From the NCBI GenBank assembly GCA_964016885.1, contig OZ024740.1:17670001-17734000 (forward strand): a stretch of 64,000 nt of DNA. The letters run 5' to 3'. The notes below the pieces were generated by a model. The model had not been told where the DNA came from, did no database searches, and saw only the letters and a list, made by a program, of their open reading frames with translations. The DNA is from Eledone cirrhosa (taxonomy: Eukaryota). Below, in pieces: positions 60,264 through 64,000 of the stretch. A program made the translations under genes and the position numbers. The first letter of the stretch is position 1. Each line of letters begins with the position of its first letter.

Positions 60264-62578
60264 ACATGTCTACAACTATAGTGGTACATCACATGTCTAC
60301 AGTTATATAGTGGTACATCACATGTCTACAGTTACATAGTGGTACATCACGTCTACAGTTATATAGTGGTACATCACATGTCTACAGTTACATAGTGGTA
60401 CATCACGTCTACAGTTATATAGTGGTACATCACATGTCTACAGTTATATATAGTGGTACATCACATGTCTACAGTTATATAGTGGTACATCACATGTCTA
60501 CAACTATAGTGGTACATCACGTGTCTACAGTTATATATAGTGGTACATCACATGACTACAGTTATATATAGTGGTACATCACATGACTACAACTATATAG
60601 TGGTACATCACATGTCTACAACTATATAGTGGTACATCAGGTGTCTACAGTTATATATAGTGGTACATCACGTCTACAACTATAGTGGTACATCACATGT
60701 CTACAACTATATAGTGGAACATCACATGTCTACAACTATAGTGGTACATCACATGACTACAACTATATAGTGGTACATCACGTGTCTACAACTATAGTGG
60801 TACATCACATGTCTACAACTATATAGTGGTACATCACGTGTCTACAACTATAGTGGTACATCACATGTCTACAGTCATATATAGTGGTATATCACGTGTC
60901 TACAGTTATATATAGTGGTACATCAGGTGTCTACAGTTATATAGTGGTACATCACATGTCTACAGTTATATATAGTGGTACATCACATGTCTACAGTTAT
61001 ATATAGTGGTACATCACATGTCTATAATTATAGTGGTACATCACGTGTCTATAATTATAGTGGTACATCACGTGTCTACAGTTATATATAGTGGTACATC
61101 ACATGTCTACAGTTATATATAGTGGTACATCACGTGTCTACAGTTATATATAGTGGTACATCACGTGTCTACAGTTATATAGTGGTACATCACATGTCTA
61201 CAGTTATATATAGTGGTACATCACATGTCTACAGTTATATATAGTGGTACATCACATGTCTACAGTTATATATAGTGGTACATCACATGTCTACAGTTAT
61301 ATATAGTGGTACATCACGTGTCTACAACTATAGTGGTACATCACATGTCTACAGTTATATATATTGGTATATCAAATGTCTACAGTTATATAGTGGTACA
61401 TCACGTGTCTACAACTATAGTGGTACATCACATGTCTACAGTTATATATATTGGTATATCAAATGTCTACAACTATATAGTGGTACATCACGTGTCTACA
61501 GTTATATAGTGGTACATCACGTGTCTACAGTTATATAGTGGTACATCACGTGTCTACAGTTATATAGTGGTACATCACGTGTCTACAGTTATATATAGTA
61601 GTACATCACGTGTCTACAACTATAGTGGTACATCATATGTCTACAGTTATATAGTGGTACATCACGTGTCTACAACTATATAGTGGTACATCACATGTCT
61701 ACAGTTATATATAGTGGTACATCACATGTCTACAGTTATATATAGTGGTACATCACATGTCTACAGTTATATATAGTGGTACATCACGTGTCTACAGTTA
61801 TATATAGTGGTACATCATGTCTACAGTTATATAGTGGTACATCACGTGTCTACATTATATATAGTGGTACATCACATGTCTACAGTTATATATAGTGGTA
61901 CATCACATGTCTACAGTTATATATAGTGGTACATCACATGTCTATAATTATAGTGGTACATCACATGTCTACAGTTATATATAGTGGTACATCACATGTC
62001 TACAGTTATATATAGTGGTACATCACATGTCTATAATTATAGTGGTACATCACGTGTCTACAGTTATATATAGTGGTACATCACGTGTCTACAACTATAG
62101 TGGTACATCACATGTCTGCAGTTATATAGTGGTGCATCACATGTCTACAACTATATATCGTAGTACATCACATGTCTACAACTATAGTGGTGCATCACAT
62201 GTCTACAACTATATAGTGGTACATCACATGTCTACAACTATATAGTGGTACATCACGTCTACAACTATATATAGTACATCACATGTCTACAACTATAGTG
62301 GTACATCATGTGTCTACAACTATAGTGGTACATCACATGTCTACAACTATATATCGTAGTACATCACATGTCTACAACTATAGTGGTACATCACATGTCT
62401 ACAGTTATATATAGTGGTACATCACATGTCTACAGTTATATATAGTGGTGCATCACATGTCTACAACTATATAGTGGTACATCACATGTCTACAGTTATA
62501 TATAGTGGAACATCACGTGTCTACAGTTATATATAGTGGTACATCACGTGTCTACAGTTATATATAGTGGTACATCAC
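60264..62578. repeat. Minisatellite, ~26-32 bp unit GTGGTACATCAC(A/G)TGTCTACA(GT/AC)(TA)n
   Basis: Continuous tandem copies over ~2.3 kb. Confidence 0.97.
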
Positions 62579-62998
62579 CTGACAAAATGAAGTTCATTAC
62601 ATTCACCTCTGAGATAAATATTTCTGTCATTTGTTTTGGAAAAACCCCAAAACAAATAGAGGACAAAGAGGACTGAAACCAAACAATTGACACCTCCCAT
62701 TTGCTTCCTCATATTCCAGTGGTAAGATATAGAGAAATAAAAACTAAACAGCTTCTATAGTAAGGGGTCTTTGTAAAATGAAAGGCAATCAGGAGTGTGA
62801 GGGGACCAGACAGTTCCAATTTCAATTATTGTAATTTCATTGGTTTGACTAGAAGGTAGTTATTGTTGAAAGGTATTTGGTGGGGATTTCTGAGTTGCCC
62901 TAAATTACTTCAGTTAGCTGTCCCTGCCCCCTTTTTTAAACAACTTTTATTTCTTTACATCTCATCCCAGTTATTTTCTTTTTCTTTCTTCATTCCTA

Positions 62999-63138
62999 GG
63001 TGTAGGCATGGCTATGTGGTAAAGAAGTTCACTTTGAAACTATGTGAAATTGGGTTCAATCCCAATGTGTGGCATCTTGCTTCGGGCCAACAAATGTCTT
63101 GTGAGTAAATTTGGTAGATGGAAAGTGTAGGAAATTTG
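62999..63138 (+). mobile_element. Degenerate tRNA-derived SINE (family 2)
   Basis: Box A-like TGGCTATGTGG, box B GGTTCAATCCC, TTGTGAGT..ATTTGGTAGA body and (TG)n end. Confidence 0.6.
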
Positions 63139-63318
63139 TGTGTGTGTCTGTGTGTGTAAACATTTAAAGTCTGCTTTCCCTGCTAGCAAGGGTTGGATGG
63201 GTGATCACAGACCATGTCAGTACTTGATTGGAGCCACTGATTTCTAAGATGAACTGGAGTTGTGTACTTTATATACCTTTGACACAACTGAAAACTGGAT
63301 GGGAGGCATCAAAGCCTT

Positions 63319-63699
63319 GCTTGCTCACAGCTGACTTGGGGTTAAACAACAACAACCAGTGAAGTGTGTACAGCTATAGACCCTTAGACTGGATGGTCAT
63401 GGATGGAAGGCTTGCTCACAGCTGACTTGGGGTTAAACAACAACAACCAGTGAAGTGTGTACAGCTATAGACCCTTAGACTGGATGGTCATGGATGGAAG
63501 GCTTGCTCACAGCTGACTTGGGGTTAAACAACAACAACCAGTGAAGTGTGTACAGCTATAGACCCTTAGACTGGATGGTCATGGATGGAAGGCTTGCTCA
63601 CAGCTGACTTGGGGTTAAACAACAACAACCAGTGAAGTGTGTACAGCTATAGACCCTTAGACTGGATGGTCATGGATGGAAGGCTTGCTCACAGCTGAC
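63319..63699. repeat. 91-bp tandem repeat, ~4.2 identical copies
   Basis: GCTTGCTCACAGCTGAC at 63319, 63410, 63501, 63592 and 63683. Confidence 0.96.
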
Positions 63700-64000
63700 A
63701 AGGAATTTAACAAACAACAAGTGTGATGTCAGTCACTTAACTGTGATTCATAATACCAAACAACAACAACACTTACAACAACAAATACTGTTATTAAAGA
63801 CATTATTATTACAGTCATCATCATTGTAATGTTTAACAAGAGATATACAAATATTTTTCTTCCTGGACACACAGACAGAACTTAAAGAAAGGAAATAATA
63901 GAGATAGAGGAATCTATTGTTTATTTCACTTGGGTGCTACTACCACCACCGCTACCACCACTTCTACTACCACTACTGCTGCTACTACTACCACTACTGC

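Overview
Eukaryotic, repeat-dominated window with no recognisable host gene; the SINE and RTE repeats resemble those I recall from octopus genomes (inference). Bases 1-34.3 kb are one C/A-rich satellite (47 bp core plus a variable (CCA)n run) with kb-scale higher-order duplications, and all ORFs there are artefacts. The rest is a nest of retroelements in (TA)n/(GA)n microsatellites. It holds a near-intact CR1/L2-group LINE, decayed Penelope-like elements (PLEs, one forming a ~5.2 kb inverted repeat), one RTE LINE inserted antisense into a related RTE, several tRNA-type SINEs and two minisatellites. Most notable: (i) five well-formed type I hammerhead ribozyme folds of three designs, one inside a non-coding ~701 bp terminally redundant unit (retrozyme-like); (ii) the LINE has a Myb/SANT-like plus 2x CCCH ORF1 and an AUG-less ORF2 overlapping it in the -1 frame across a correctly phased U_UUU_UUA slippery site, suggesting retrovirus-style frameshifting; (iii) both RTEs carry a PHD-type finger inside the RT domain. 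All structures were folded by eye and no database search was run.
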